Below are positions 28,898 to 38,497 of a DNA stretch of 64,000 nucleotides, in pieces. A model generated the notes under the pieces. That model did not search any database. It was not told the DNA's origin and worked only from the letters and a program-made list of their open reading frames with translations. Within the stretch, counting starts at the first letter, position 1; every line of letters starts with the position of its first letter. This DNA is from an uncultured Gammaproteobacteria bacterium (GTDB lineage: Bacteria; Patescibacteriota; Microgenomatia; Levybacterales; UBA12049), in the NCBI GenBank assembly GCA_964553245.1, contig CAZKJM010000001.1, forward strand, positions 81,806 through 145,805, read 5' to 3'. A program made the position numbers and the translations under genes.

Positions 28898-29856
28898 TTA
28901 TATAACATTTGTTCCATTGTTTGATAATATTTGAGAAACTTCTTAACTTTTATTTCGTCTGGTAATACAATATAGAATTTTTTACATTCAATTAGTAATT
29001 CTTTTTCTTCATCTGTAAAAAGTTTCTCTGTAATTTTCTCTCCGTTCCTTTTTCCAACAATTTTTATTTTTATTTTTTTACTATTTGAGTTCTTTATAAT
29101 AGTTTTTTTTGCTAATTGATAAATATTTTCCTCGTCCATCTTTAACACAAATATCTCTTGACCTTTCATTAACGTAGCCGCAAGAAAAACTAAATTAACT
29201 GCATCGGGAATTGACATAAAAAACCTTTTCATTCTTTTATCGGTAACTGTTACTGGTCCTCCTTCATTAATTTGATTAATCCATACTGGTATAACAGATC
29301 CTCTTGAGTTCATAACATTCCCAAATCTAACAACTGAAAACTTAGTAAGAGCAGACCCAGAGTAATATTTGGAACAGATTACCATTTTTTCCATAAGAAG
29401 TTTTGTAATACCCATAACATTATTAGGATATACTGCTTTATCGGTAGATATGGCAATTAACCTATCAACATTATTTTTAATTGCCAAGTCAATTATATTT
29501 TGTGTCCCATAAACATTGGTCTTTATTGCTTCAAAAGAATTATTTTCACAATATGGAACGTGTTTTAATGCAGCTGCATGAAAAACAATATTAACCCCTT
29601 GAAAGGCTTTTTCAAGTCTATCTTTGTCTCTTATATCTCCAATAAAATATTTAATATCTACTGGACTAGAAAGTTTTTTCAGTTCTTGTTCAAGAAAAAA
29701 ATGCTTAGACTCATCCCTGGAGTATACTCTAACTTGCTTTGGCCTGTATGGCAAAATTTGTCTTACGATTTCACTTCCAATTGATCCAGTTCCACCAGTT
29801 ACCAAAATTATTTTTTTATTAAAAGTTCGAAATAATTTTTTATTTAATTTTGTCAT
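28894..29856 (-). CDS. UDP-GlcNAc 4,6-dehydratase (FnlA/PseB/CapD family)
   Basis: TGGTGSIG, SRDESK, HAAALKHVP, STDKAVYP, MGITK, VRFGNVMNSRGSV. Confidence 0.9.
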   Translation of the reverse strand: MTKLNKKLFRTFNKKIILVTGGTGSIGSEIVRQILPYRPKQVRVYSRDESKHFFLEQELKKLSSPVDIKYFIGDIRDKDRLEKAFQGVNIVFHAAALKHVPYCENNSFEAIKTNVYGTQNIIDLAIKNNVDRLIAISTDKAVYPNNVMGITKLLMEKMVICSKYYSGSALTKFSVVRFGNVMNSRGSVIPVWINQINEGGPVTVTDKRMKRFFMSIPDAVNLVFLAATLMKGQEIFVLKMDEENIYQLAKKTIIKNSNSKKIKIKIVGKRNGEKITEKLFTDEEKELLIECKKFYIVLPDEIKVKKFLKYYQTMEQMLYK

Positions 29857-30685
29857 TAAAGCTTTTTCTTATAAAACCAGGCAGATTATTTTTAAATTCT
29901 ATTTTAATTTCTTTGGATAGTTTATCGTTTGATATATTTTCTATATTCTCGTAAGGCTCACGTTTAGCGTATTTTACCTTAAATTTACTTTTTGTTAAAG
30001 TGGAAACAAGTTTTATAAACTCTCTTACTGTATATTCCTCTTCTCCACTTAAATTATAAGTACCATAAATGTCTTGCAACATGGACTCAACAATTAAATT
30101 TGCACAATCGTCAACGTGCATAAAAAACCTTTTTAATGAACCGTTATTATTAAAATATAATTTTCTATCTGATATAAAAGATTTATAAACATATCCACTT
30201 ATTCCTTTTGAACCAATTCCATATAGATTAGATATTCTATATATAGTTTTTTTTCGGTCAGGAATAAATTCATTAATCAAAAACTCCGAATATGCCTTGC
30301 ATGTTGAATAAGGAGTCTCTGGGTTTAAAGGATTTTCTTCCAAAGCGTAATCCGTAGTTCCATAAACTGCAACGGTTGATAATTGAATTAGCTTCTTGTC
30401 ATATTTATTACAAATTTTGATTAGATTTAAAATTGCTTTTGAATTAAGCAAAAAACATTGATTTATTGGAAAGCTTATTTGTCCAGTACAGTTAACAACT
30501 GTATCGAAAGCCCTAGACTCCTCTTCAAGCTGATTATAGTTAAGAATATCAATTCTCTTATTTCTAGAATTTTTATTATGCATAGATGCAAATCCTGTAT
30601 TTCTAATCCCTCTTTCGGATAGTTTTTTTACTATGCTTTTACCAAGGAATCCACTACCACCTAATACCATTACCGACTTATTCAT
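29840..30685 (-). CDS. NAD-dependent epimerase/reductase (extended SDR)
   Basis: GGSGFLG, STVAVYG, YSTCK, RISNLYG. Confidence 0.85.
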   Translation of the reverse strand: MNKSVMVLGGSGFLGKSIVKKLSERGIRNTGFASMHNKNSRNKRIDILNYNQLEEESRAFDTVVNCTGQISFPINQCFLLNSKAILNLIKICNKYDKKLIQLSTVAVYGTTDYALEENPLNPETPYSTCKAYSEFLINEFIPDRKKTIYRISNLYGIGSKGISGYVYKSFISDRKLYFNNNGSLKRFFMHVDDCANLIVESMLQDIYGTYNLSGEEEYTVREFIKLVSTLTKSKFKVKYAKREPYENIENISNDKLSKEIKIEFKNNLPGFIRKSFNDKIK

Positions 30686-31814
30686 AAAATTTTTTTTGAA
30701 TGATGTTACTGAGAGGAATTGTCTTTAATACTTTAACAATTTTTTCTGCAGAATTACCTATGCCATAAGGATTTCTAATTTTTTTAATTGAGTTTAGAAA
30801 TTTTTTATCATATAGAGCTTTTTTTATAGCTTCCATAATTTCTTTTTTGCTATATCCTACATCTATAACGTTGCTAGACCTTTCTCTGCCTTGTTGTCGG
30901 GTACCAATGTTAACCACTGGAGTTTTAAAGGTAGCTGCCTCATGAATACCAGAGCTTGAATTCCCTATTAAAACAGATACATATCTTAATAAATTGGAAT
31001 ATTTTGTAGAAGATAGTGTTGGATAGTATTTTACATTAAGTTTTTTCAATTGCTTGATAATTCCAGAATATCCAGCATCGTTATTAGGAAATAATATTAT
31101 ACTTTGTATTTTTAAAGTTTTTAAAGCTTCAATCGTTTCAATAATCTGAGAATCTGATTTGTTATTTTCAGTTGTAACAGGATGCTGAATCATTAATGCT
31201 ACTGGTTTTGAAAAATCCACATTGAATTCTTTTTCCAGCTCCTTCTTCGAAATCTTCTTCGAATTTAAAAGGGTATCTATTGATGAACAACCTACTGTAA
31301 AGATAAATTTTGGGTCTTCTCCAATTCTTATTAGTCTTTTTTTAGATAGCATCGTTGCTGGAAAATGTATATGAGCAAATTTACTCATTGCATGTCTTAT
31401 GCTCTCATCGATGCTTCCTGTAAGTTCTCCTCCCTGAATATGAGCAACGGGAATATTCATATGCGCAGCTGCTATAGTTACTGCAAAATTTGCTCCAATA
31501 TCAAATCCCGATAAAACTATATCTGGCTTAACCTTTTCTAGCTCATCGACAATCTTCAACATAAATCTACTCATACCCCTTACCATCTCTGCACCAGAAT
31601 CTTCCCCATTGTCTTTAAACATTTTTATTTCGGAAGAAATTTTAAAACCATCATTTTTTATGTTTTGAATATCATGCCCATGACTTTTTAATAAACAAAT
31701 TCCTGTAACCACAATATATAGTTCAAAAAAAGGATCTTCTTTTATCTTTTCTAAAACAGGCTTGAATCTACTATAATCAGCCCTTCTTTCTATGACTACA
31801 AAAATTTTTCTCAT
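30678..31814 (-). CDS. neuC: UDP-GlcNAc 2-epimerase (hydrolysing)
   Basis: RRADYS, AHIQGGELTGSIDESIRHAMSK, QHPVT, GNSSSGIHEA, GTRQQGRE; start at 31814 gives an ATGA overlap with neuB. Confidence 0.9.
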   Translation of the reverse strand: MRKIFVVIERRADYSRFKPVLEKIKEDPFFELYIVVTGICLLKSHGHDIQNIKNDGFKISSEIKMFKDNGEDSGAEMVRGMSRFMLKIVDELEKVKPDIVLSGFDIGANFAVTIAAAHMNIPVAHIQGGELTGSIDESIRHAMSKFAHIHFPATMLSKKRLIRIGEDPKFIFTVGCSSIDTLLNSKKISKKELEKEFNVDFSKPVALMIQHPVTTENNKSDSQIIETIEALKTLKIQSIILFPNNDAGYSGIIKQLKKLNVKYYPTLSSTKYSNLLRYVSVLIGNSSSGIHEAATFKTPVVNIGTRQQGRERSSNVIDVGYSKKEIMEAIKKALYDKKFLNSIKKIRNPYGIGNSAEKIVKVLKTIPLSNIIQKKFYE

Positions 31815-32854
31815 TTCCCTATATCCCTCCATTTTAACTGAGTGTTAATAGGCAAGCTTCTAATTATTTTTTTACCTAAAATTTTTCTATAGTCCTTTGC
31901 TTTAATCTCACCTGTTCCAGGTCTCTTTACCCAAATATTTTCTTCTGTGAGTAGATCGCCTTTTTTTATTTCTTTTGTCGTCACGACGCAAGCGTAAGCA
32001 AAATTAATAGTAGGTTGTTCTTCTTTTAAAATATTTTTTGAACCACCAAGTGCCTTATGAATAAAATCCGTACCTTTAATTAATTCACTAAGCTCAGTAG
32101 GATCGATTGAGATAGGAATATCTGGCCCAGGCCACTTCTTGCTCGATGTAAAATGTTTTTCAATTATTGATGCGCCACAACTTATAGCAGCAAAACTAGT
32201 ATAATTTCCTATTGAATGATCGCTTAATCCTACTACGGTATTAGGAAATGTTTTTGACAGATCAACTAGTGCCCCCAATCTTACTTTTTCGTAAGGCGTT
32301 GGATAAATTGAAGTACAATGTAATATTGCAAATTCAGTTTTATAGCTTCTAAGTATCTTAACTGCCTTTTTTATAGAAGGGATATCATTCATTCCCGTAC
32401 TTAGAATAATTGGTTTTTTAAATCTAGCAATATGCTCAATCAATGGATAATTATTGCACTCTCCGGACCCAATTTTGTAAGCATCAACATTCATTCTTTT
32501 CAATCTTTCTGCTGCTGCGCGCGAGAATGGAGTAGATAGATAAATCATACCCTTAGATTCAACATATCTTTTTATCTTAAAATCCTCTTCCTCTGATAAT
32601 TTGCATCTTTCCATAATTTTCCAGATGGTTTCCTTGGTATTTCCAGGCACGACCTTATTTGGAATCATCTCATCCTCTATTACATGTGCCTGAAACTTAA
32701 CGCACTCACAACCTGCATTATGGGCATCATCTATCATCCTAATTGCTTTCTTAATATTTCCTTCGTGATTAATCCCCACTTCTGCAATAATAAATGGCTT
32801 AAAAGAAGGACCAATCTTTCTATCCTTTATTTTTATATACTGCTTTGAATTCAT
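31811..32854 (-). CDS. neuB: N-acetylneuraminate (nonulosonate) synthase with C-terminal SAF/AFP domain
   Basis: AEVGINHEG, STPFSRAAA, KIGSGECNNYPLI, HCTSIYPTPYE, GLSDHS, EKHFT, WVKRPGTG; likely start ATG 32854. Confidence 0.95.
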   Translation of the reverse strand: MNSKQYIKIKDRKIGPSFKPFIIAEVGINHEGNIKKAIRMIDDAHNAGCECVKFQAHVIEDEMIPNKVVPGNTKETIWKIMERCKLSEEEDFKIKRYVESKGMIYLSTPFSRAAAERLKRMNVDAYKIGSGECNNYPLIEHIARFKKPIILSTGMNDIPSIKKAVKILRSYKTEFAILHCTSIYPTPYEKVRLGALVDLSKTFPNTVVGLSDHSIGNYTSFAAISCGASIIEKHFTSSKKWPGPDIPISIDPTELSELIKGTDFIHKALGGSKNILKEEQPTINFAYACVVTTKEIKKGDLLTEENIWVKRPGTGEIKAKDYRKILGKKIIRSLPINTQLKWRDIGK

Positions 32855-32871
32855 ATTAAATCTAAAAAACC

Positions 32872-34017
32872 CTAAACTGCATAGCAAATTGTATCAGCAA
32901 TTTCCTCAGTCAAGTGTCTAAGATAGAATTTATAATTTTTGTTAATTTTGTAAATCTTTAAAATTATTTTCCAAATGTGATCTGGATGATGATATACAGA
33001 AATTGCTAATTTAGGCTTATGTTTTCTAATTATATCTTTCGCTCCATCAAGCGCCCTATATTCAGAACCTTCTATGTCCATTTTAATTAATGTTGGTTTT
33101 TCTTTACGGTTATGGAAAAAATCATCAATCGTAGTAACATGTATATAATCTTTACCTGCTTTATTCTTTTTAACTACTTCTTTTAAGGAGATACTCGAAT
33201 CAAAACTGTTGTTACAGATAAATTTAACCCATGAATTGGAATTATATACTCCTTCTTTTAATAGGTGTATGTTTTTTAAATTATTTCTTTTTATCAAATC
33301 TCTAATTTTACGAAGATTTTTAGGATCAGGCTCAAATGCATAAATACTATTATAGTTTTTTTTTGCACTTAAGAATGCCTTTATTGTATCTCCATCATAT
33401 GCTCCGCAATCAACATACACTTCATCTTCTTTTAAATGTAAGATATCACTTTCTAAAAATATTGGAAATTTTGATTTAGATTTATCTATGTATTTATAAT
33501 CTCCAGTAATCCTGAATTTTTGTAGATTAGACAGAACCTTTTTTGACTCATCATCGCTTAAAAGCGTCTTCACCTTAAGTATATTAAAGTTATAATTATT
33601 ATTAAAAATTTTTTTATGCATTTTATCAATCTGAGGCAAAGGAAATATTTTTGGAGAAAAAATATTTAATATATAAGGAATAAAAATCGACTTAAACCCA
33701 TTCTTTTTTAGTTGTTTATATATCTGATTTGTATATAAAAGACTACCAATAATTATTAATTGATTTTTTATAACTTTCGCTTCTTTTAAAGAAATAATTT
33801 TTGTATTTTTATATTTTTTTCCTTGAACCTTCAAATCATTGTCAATAAATGCTTCTGTCCTAATACCTTTTTTTTCTAAATTATCGTGATATAACCTACC
33901 AAGACCTCCTGCTCCAAAAATTAAAACTTTTTTTTTACTATCGAAGATTTGCTTATATTGCGAGTATTTATTTTTTTTAAAAAATATTTTTTTTTCAAAG
34001 ATAAACTTATTTAACAT
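32872..34017 (-). CDS. FkbM-family O-methyltransferase with N-terminal Rossmann-like domain
   Basis: IFGAGGLG; VDCGAYDGDT, AFEPD, IKMDIEGSE, KPKLAISVYH. Confidence 0.9.
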   Translation of the reverse strand: MLNKFIFEKKIFFKKNKYSQYKQIFDSKKKVLIFGAGGLGRLYHDNLEKKGIRTEAFIDNDLKVQGKKYKNTKIISLKEAKVIKNQLIIIGSLLYTNQIYKQLKKNGFKSIFIPYILNIFSPKIFPLPQIDKMHKKIFNNNYNFNILKVKTLLSDDESKKVLSNLQKFRITGDYKYIDKSKSKFPIFLESDILHLKEDEVYVDCGAYDGDTIKAFLSAKKNYNSIYAFEPDPKNLRKIRDLIKRNNLKNIHLLKEGVYNSNSWVKFICNNSFDSSISLKEVVKKNKAGKDYIHVTTIDDFFHNRKEKPTLIKMDIEGSEYRALDGAKDIIRKHKPKLAISVYHHPDHIWKIILKIYKINKNYKFYLRHLTEEIADTICYAV

Positions 34018-34021
34018 TTTA

Positions 34022-34801
34022 CTAAATTATTGTCCAGCCTCCATCAACTATTAAATTATGACCTGTTATGTATGATGAGGCATTCGAAGAAAGAAACAAT
34101 ACGGGCATAATAAAATCTTTTGGAGTTGCCATTCGACCAAGCGGAGTAAATTTTGAATAATTTTTTACGAATCTAGGATTTTGATTATCGAATACTCCAC
34201 CTGGGCTAATACAATTTACCCTTACATTATATTTACCAAAATATGACGCAAAATATCTTGTCATTGTATTAATCCCACCTTTAATTAAAGGATAAGCCGC
34301 AGCGGTAGTCATATTAGTTCCTTCATAAATATTGAAATTTGGTCCTACTAAGCCATATATTGAGCTGAAATTTATAATACTGCCTTTTTTTCTTCTGCTC
34401 ATATCTATTGCAACTTGCTGAGAAACATAATAATAACCACCCAAATGATCCAATAAATTTTTTCGAACAGACTGCAAAGGAGTTTTTTTTATATCAACTT
34501 GCCAATCTAAAGTTCTTGGAAAACTGCAATTAATTAAAACGTCAATATTTTTATACTTATTTTTAAAGTTTTTTAGCAAAAAATCTATGCTATTTTTACT
34601 TGAAATATCAAACTTAACGGTTGTAATTTTTTTCTCTTCCTGGTTTAAGTATTTAACTAACTCTTTATCAATAACCTTATCTGCAATAAGTAATTTACTC
34701 TGTAATTTTACAAAAGCCTTTACAAGCTCTTTTCCTATTAAACCAAAACCCCCAATTAGCAAAATATTTTTATCTTTTAAATCTGAAAAATCGTATCTCA
34801 T
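34022..34801 (-). CDS. Classical SDR oxidoreductase (PtmA/ElaC-like)
   Basis: GGFGLIG, SSIYG...PNFNIYEGT, YPLIKGG, RVNCISPGG, F...Y...TPLGRMA. Confidence 0.85.
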   Translation of the reverse strand: MRYDFSDLKDKNILLIGGFGLIGKELVKAFVKLQSKLLIADKVIDKELVKYLNQEEKKITTVKFDISSKNSIDFLLKNFKNKYKNIDVLINCSFPRTLDWQVDIKKTPLQSVRKNLLDHLGGYYYVSQQVAIDMSRRKKGSIINFSSIYGLVGPNFNIYEGTNMTTAAAYPLIKGGINTMTRYFASYFGKYNVRVNCISPGGVFDNQNPRFVKNYSKFTPLGRMATPKDFIMPVLFLSSNASSYITGHNLIVDGGWTII

Positions 34802-34831
34802 TTTATTTTACCGTATTATATAACGAAATTA

Positions 34832-35821
34832 TTAGTTTATTTCAATCATTTTTTCAAGCCTAACTGACTTATGAATGGCAAGTAATATTTTTAAATTTCT
34901 TATTCCATCCTCTAGTGATATTTCTGCTTCTTTTTTATTCTTAACGCTGTCTATAAAACTTTTTATTTCTGAAGCAAACATATCATTTCTTTCAAATTTT
35001 TTAAATTTAAAGGTCTCAATATTAATATTTCCTTTACGGTTGAACCTATAAACCGTTATTTTTTTTAAAAAATAATCAAATTCAATTCTTCCATTTTCTC
35101 CAATAAAATACCATTGCCTTTTTGGTGGATTTTGCAAAAAATCAAGATGAATATTTGCAATTACGCCATCTTTATATCTGAATAATATCTCTGCCACATC
35201 TTCTGTATTAATTACCATATTAGACAAATGACCAGAGAATGCAAAAACACTTTCTGGACATCCAAGAAAATATGTCAATAAGTCAACTTCGTGACAAAGT
35301 GTAAATATTACCCCTCCACCTAATTCTCTTCTAGCGGAATATCCTTTCGCGTAATCCTCTTTTGGATGCCATAATGGAAGAAATTCACCACATGTAAGAT
35401 TGCAATACAATATCTTTCCAATATAATTCTTATTTAAAAGCTCTTTAATTTTTATTACTGCTGGATGATATCTCATCATAAAACCAACAAATACCAATCT
35501 TTTGCTTGCTCTTATTGTTTCCAATAATTTTTTTGCCTGATTTAAATTAGTACCCAATGGCTTCTCGATAAATATATTGCTTTTATTTTTAGCTGCTAGC
35601 AATGCAAACTTTAAATGCAGTGATGATGGATTTGTAATAAAAACAATATCTGGTTTTTCGGAAAATGCTTTTTTTAAACTATAAAATTGCTTTACGCCTA
35701 AATTATCTTTCTGATAATTTTTTTTAGATCTAAAAGCTATTATATTTTTTTCGCCACATTCTATTAAATTTTTTAAATGTCGCTGGCCAATAGAACCAAG
35801 TCCGCAAAAAAGATACTTCAC
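34832..35821 (-). CDS. Gfo/Idh/MocA oxidoreductase (PtmF/ElaA-like)
   Basis: GLGSIGQRH, FIEKP, LPLWHP..DY...YSA...GGGV, HEVD. Confidence 0.88.
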   Translation of the reverse strand: MKYLFCGLGSIGQRHLKNLIECGEKNIIAFRSKKNYQKDNLGVKQFYSLKKAFSEKPDIVFITNPSSLHLKFALLAAKNKSNIFIEKPLGTNLNQAKKLLETIRASKRLVFVGFMMRYHPAVIKIKELLNKNYIGKILYCNLTCGEFLPLWHPKEDYAKGYSARRELGGGVIFTLCHEVDLLTYFLGCPESVFAFSGHLSNMVINTEDVAEILFRYKDGVIANIHLDFLQNPPKRQWYFIGENGRIEFDYFLKKITVYRFNRKGNINIETFKFKKFERNDMFASEIKSFIDSVKNKKEAEISLEDGIRNLKILLAIHKSVRLEKMIEIN

Positions 35822-36711
35822 TTTTCGACCTTCCTAATCCTGCTAATAGCAAAATAATCATCTTTTATAAGAAACTGTTTACTTATTATTGATTTATTAT
35901 TTTTTAAATGTTGGTATAATTTTAAGATTCCCTCTTCATATGAATAAAACTTCAATAGCGGCATTTCATTTCTTAATCTAGAATTATCTCCCGTGTATTG
36001 ATAGTTCAATCCTTTATTGACGACTGTTATTTCTGAATTCTTTCTTGAAATTTTATTTATTATTTTTACTATCTCTACCAAGCTTATGGATGTATCAGGT
36101 GTAACATTATAATCAGAGTACGTCACATTTGCCTTAAGAAAGAAATCTAAAACCTTTATCAAATCATCTATAAATAAATAGTCGAAAACCACATCTTGCT
36201 TTATAGATATCGGTAGATTAAAAATATTCTTCGCAACTGAATTTGATATAAATTTTTTTAAATAGTCTTCTCCCGGTCCATATATCCCAAAAAGCCTTAA
36301 GTTGGTAATATTTTTTACCTTACTCCCTTTTTCTTGTATTAAAAACTTCGCAAACCCATATGAATCCTGTGGCACATATTTTCCCCAATCTGTTTCTTTT
36401 ACTTTAACTAAGTTCCTGTTTTTCGCATATTCTGCTCCTGAACCAAAGTGAATTATCTTCTTAACAACATCTGAATTTCTAAAGATACTTTCAAACATTC
36501 TTAAATTATCTTCAAAACCCTCTGACCCATTAACTATTGCAGAATGTATAATCGCATCTATCTTTTTTAATTTTAAATATTTTCTTAACAATAGTTCATC
36601 TTTAATATCCAATTCATTATGAGAGGGTGAAAAAAGAATGTGTTTTTTCTTCAACTTCGATATAATATTCTTGCCTATAAAACCTCTTCCTCCTGTTATT
36701 AAAATTTTCAT
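35818..36711 (-). CDS. NAD-dependent epimerase/reductase (extended SDR; YerF-like position)
   Basis: TGGRGFIG, FGSGAEY, YGFAK, LRLFGIYG; directly after the ThDP enzyme. Confidence 0.85.
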   Translation of the reverse strand: MKILITGGRGFIGKNIISKLKKKHILFSPSHNELDIKDELLLRKYLKLKKIDAIIHSAIVNGSEGFEDNLRMFESIFRNSDVVKKIIHFGSGAEYAKNRNLVKVKETDWGKYVPQDSYGFAKFLIQEKGSKVKNITNLRLFGIYGPGEDYLKKFISNSVAKNIFNLPISIKQDVVFDYLFIDDLIKVLDFFLKANVTYSDYNVTPDTSISLVEIVKIINKISRKNSEITVVNKGLNYQYTGDNSRLRNEMPLLKFYSYEEGILKLYQHLKNNKSIISKQFLIKDDYFAISRIRKVEK

Positions 36712-36715
36712 ATTA

Positions 36716-38497
36716 TTATTTTTTAAATAAGTTCATATTTTTATTAAACTCTTTCCTGTCTAAAAAGGGATATAGATCTTCCAATGGTCTTGATTCTAAT
36801 ATCCCGTCTTTCCTTTGATAAGTTGATGTTCTTGGAATTCTTTCCTGATTATATTCAATATTAACTTCGCATAACGCCGGTGAATTATTTTTCAAGACAT
36901 CTCTTATCTTTTTTTCTACTTCGTCATTATTTGAAATGCAATAATATTTAAGCTTATATGCGCTTGCAATATCTTTAAAATCTGGATTTATAACACCTGT
37001 ATTCTTATCTGCTCCAACTAATCTCCCTTTAAACAAATTATTTTGCGTATCTCTAATTGATTTATATCCTTCATTGTTAAAAACAAAAATTTTCAGTGGT
37101 AATTTATTAAAAGAGATCGTGCTAAGCTCTTGGATATTAAATTGAAAACTACCATCACCGGTGACTACAATTGTTTTTTTTCTGTTATTCGCTAAACAAG
37201 CCCCAATTCCAGCTGGTAAACACCAACCCATTTGTCCGAAATTTTTATTAACATAAAGTCTCTGATTTTTCTTGATCTTAAAAGACTGAATAATACTAAC
37301 TATGTCTTGACCCATTCCTGTAACTACGGTATTCTCAGACATAAGTAATTCTGAAAGTTTATACACAAAATAATAACTGTTAACATAATTTGTTTTTTTT
37401 AAATGGAGAGGATCTAAAATCCCATATCTATTTTTCCAATCACTACAAGCTCTAGCCCACTTTTTATCAAATTTAACATTTAACTTACGCGATATCTCAT
37501 ATATTTTTTTAAGAAAAAATGCTGCATCTGTATTTATCTTCAAATCAATTTCCATATCGTCTTTTTCCAGCTCTGATTTGTCTATATTAACCATAATAAT
37601 TTTTGCATTACGTCCAAAATCTTTTCTGTTAAATCCTGTCGATGCCACATTTAAACTCGCACCGATTGAAATAATTAAATCTGAATTCTGAAGCACAAAA
37701 TTTGCTCTTCGCTGTCCTTTTGGACCATATCTTCCCATATATGACGGGAGATCCTCAGAAAACATATCCAAACCGTTTTCATCCGTAACAACAGGAACTT
37801 TAAAATTATTAATAAATTTATGAAGTATTTGAATCCCGCCTGCTAATCTAATTCCGTTTCCCGCAATAATTAATGGTCTACTAGATTCTTTTAATAACTT
37901 AGTTAGTTTACCAAATTGTTTTTTATCAAAAATATTTTTTTTTCTAGGAGGAATAAATTGTGTAAAACTGCTCTTTTCTATTTCAGCATTCTGTACATCA
38001 AGTGGAATACTGATCCAAACTGGCCCTGGTCTGCCTGATGTAGCCTCATAAAAGGCCTTTTGCAAGTTAAACTGGACATCAGAAGGATTTAAAAGTTGAA
38101 CTGCATATTTTGTAATCGGTTTTACCATGTCTATTATATTTATTTCTTGCGGTCCTTTTTGCCTTGATTTTGTGTAATCTGCAATTATTTCTTTTTTTAC
38201 CTGTCCTGAAATTACAATCATTGGAATAGAGTCAACCCAAGCAGCGGCCACACCTGTTATCGCATTAGTTCCACCTGGGCCAGATGTAACAACACATGCC
38301 GACACGCCATTTTTCATCCTAGCATAACTTTCTGCGCAAGTAGCTGAAGCTTGCTCATGGAAATTAGCACAATATCTAATGTTCTTATTCCTATAGATGG
38401 CATCAAGAAGATACATTATTCCCCCACCAGATACCAAGAAGATGTCTTTTATCCCTTTCTTTTCTAGAAAACTTATTACAAATTCTGAAACGGTCAT
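36716..38497 (-). CDS. ThDP-dependent acetolactate synthase-like carboligase (YerE-like)
   Basis: HEQAS, TSGPGGTNAITG, SGRPGPVW, GQMGWCLP, GDGSFQFNIQEL...NNEGY; no IlvH/IlvC nearby; sits among sugar genes. Confidence 0.85.
   Translation of the reverse strand: MTVSEFVISFLEKKGIKDIFLVSGGGIMYLLDAIYRNKNIRYCANFHEQASATCAESYARMKNGVSACVVTSGPGGTNAITGVAAAWVDSIPMIVISGQVKKEIIADYTKSRQKGPQEINIIDMVKPITKYAVQLLNPSDVQFNLQKAFYEATSGRPGPVWISIPLDVQNAEIEKSSFTQFIPPRKKNIFDKKQFGKLTKLLKESSRPLIIAGNGIRLAGGIQILHKFINNFKVPVVTDENGLDMFSEDLPSYMGRYGPKGQRRANFVLQNSDLIISIGASLNVASTGFNRKDFGRNAKIIMVNIDKSELEKDDMEIDLKINTDAAFFLKKIYEISRKLNVKFDKKWARACSDWKNRYGILDPLHLKKTNYVNSYYFVYKLSELLMSENTVVTGMGQDIVSIIQSFKIKKNQRLYVNKNFGQMGWCLPAGIGACLANNRKKTIVVTGDGSFQFNIQELSTISFNKLPLKIFVFNNEGYKSIRDTQNNLFKGRLVGADKNTGVINPDFKDIASAYKLKYYCISNNDEVEKKIRDVLKNNSPALCEVNIEYNQERIPRTSTYQRKDGILESRPLEDLYPFLDRKEFNKNMNLFKK

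Noticed and set aside
28894-32887. Pseudaminic or legionaminic acid pathway
   Set aside because: No Lys-type aminotransferase, N-acetyltransferase, PseG or CMP-synthetase in the block, and NeuB motifs look Neu5Ac-type. Genes elsewhere cannot be excluded.
33900-34020. Poly-A/T runs as phase-variation tracts
   Set aside because: Runs of 8-10 A/T are common throughout this AT-rich window and the frames are intact.
36716-38497. Branched-chain amino acid acetolactate synthase (ilvB)
   Set aside because: No ilvH/ilvC/ilvD nearby; embedded in and coupled to sugar-nucleotide genes.
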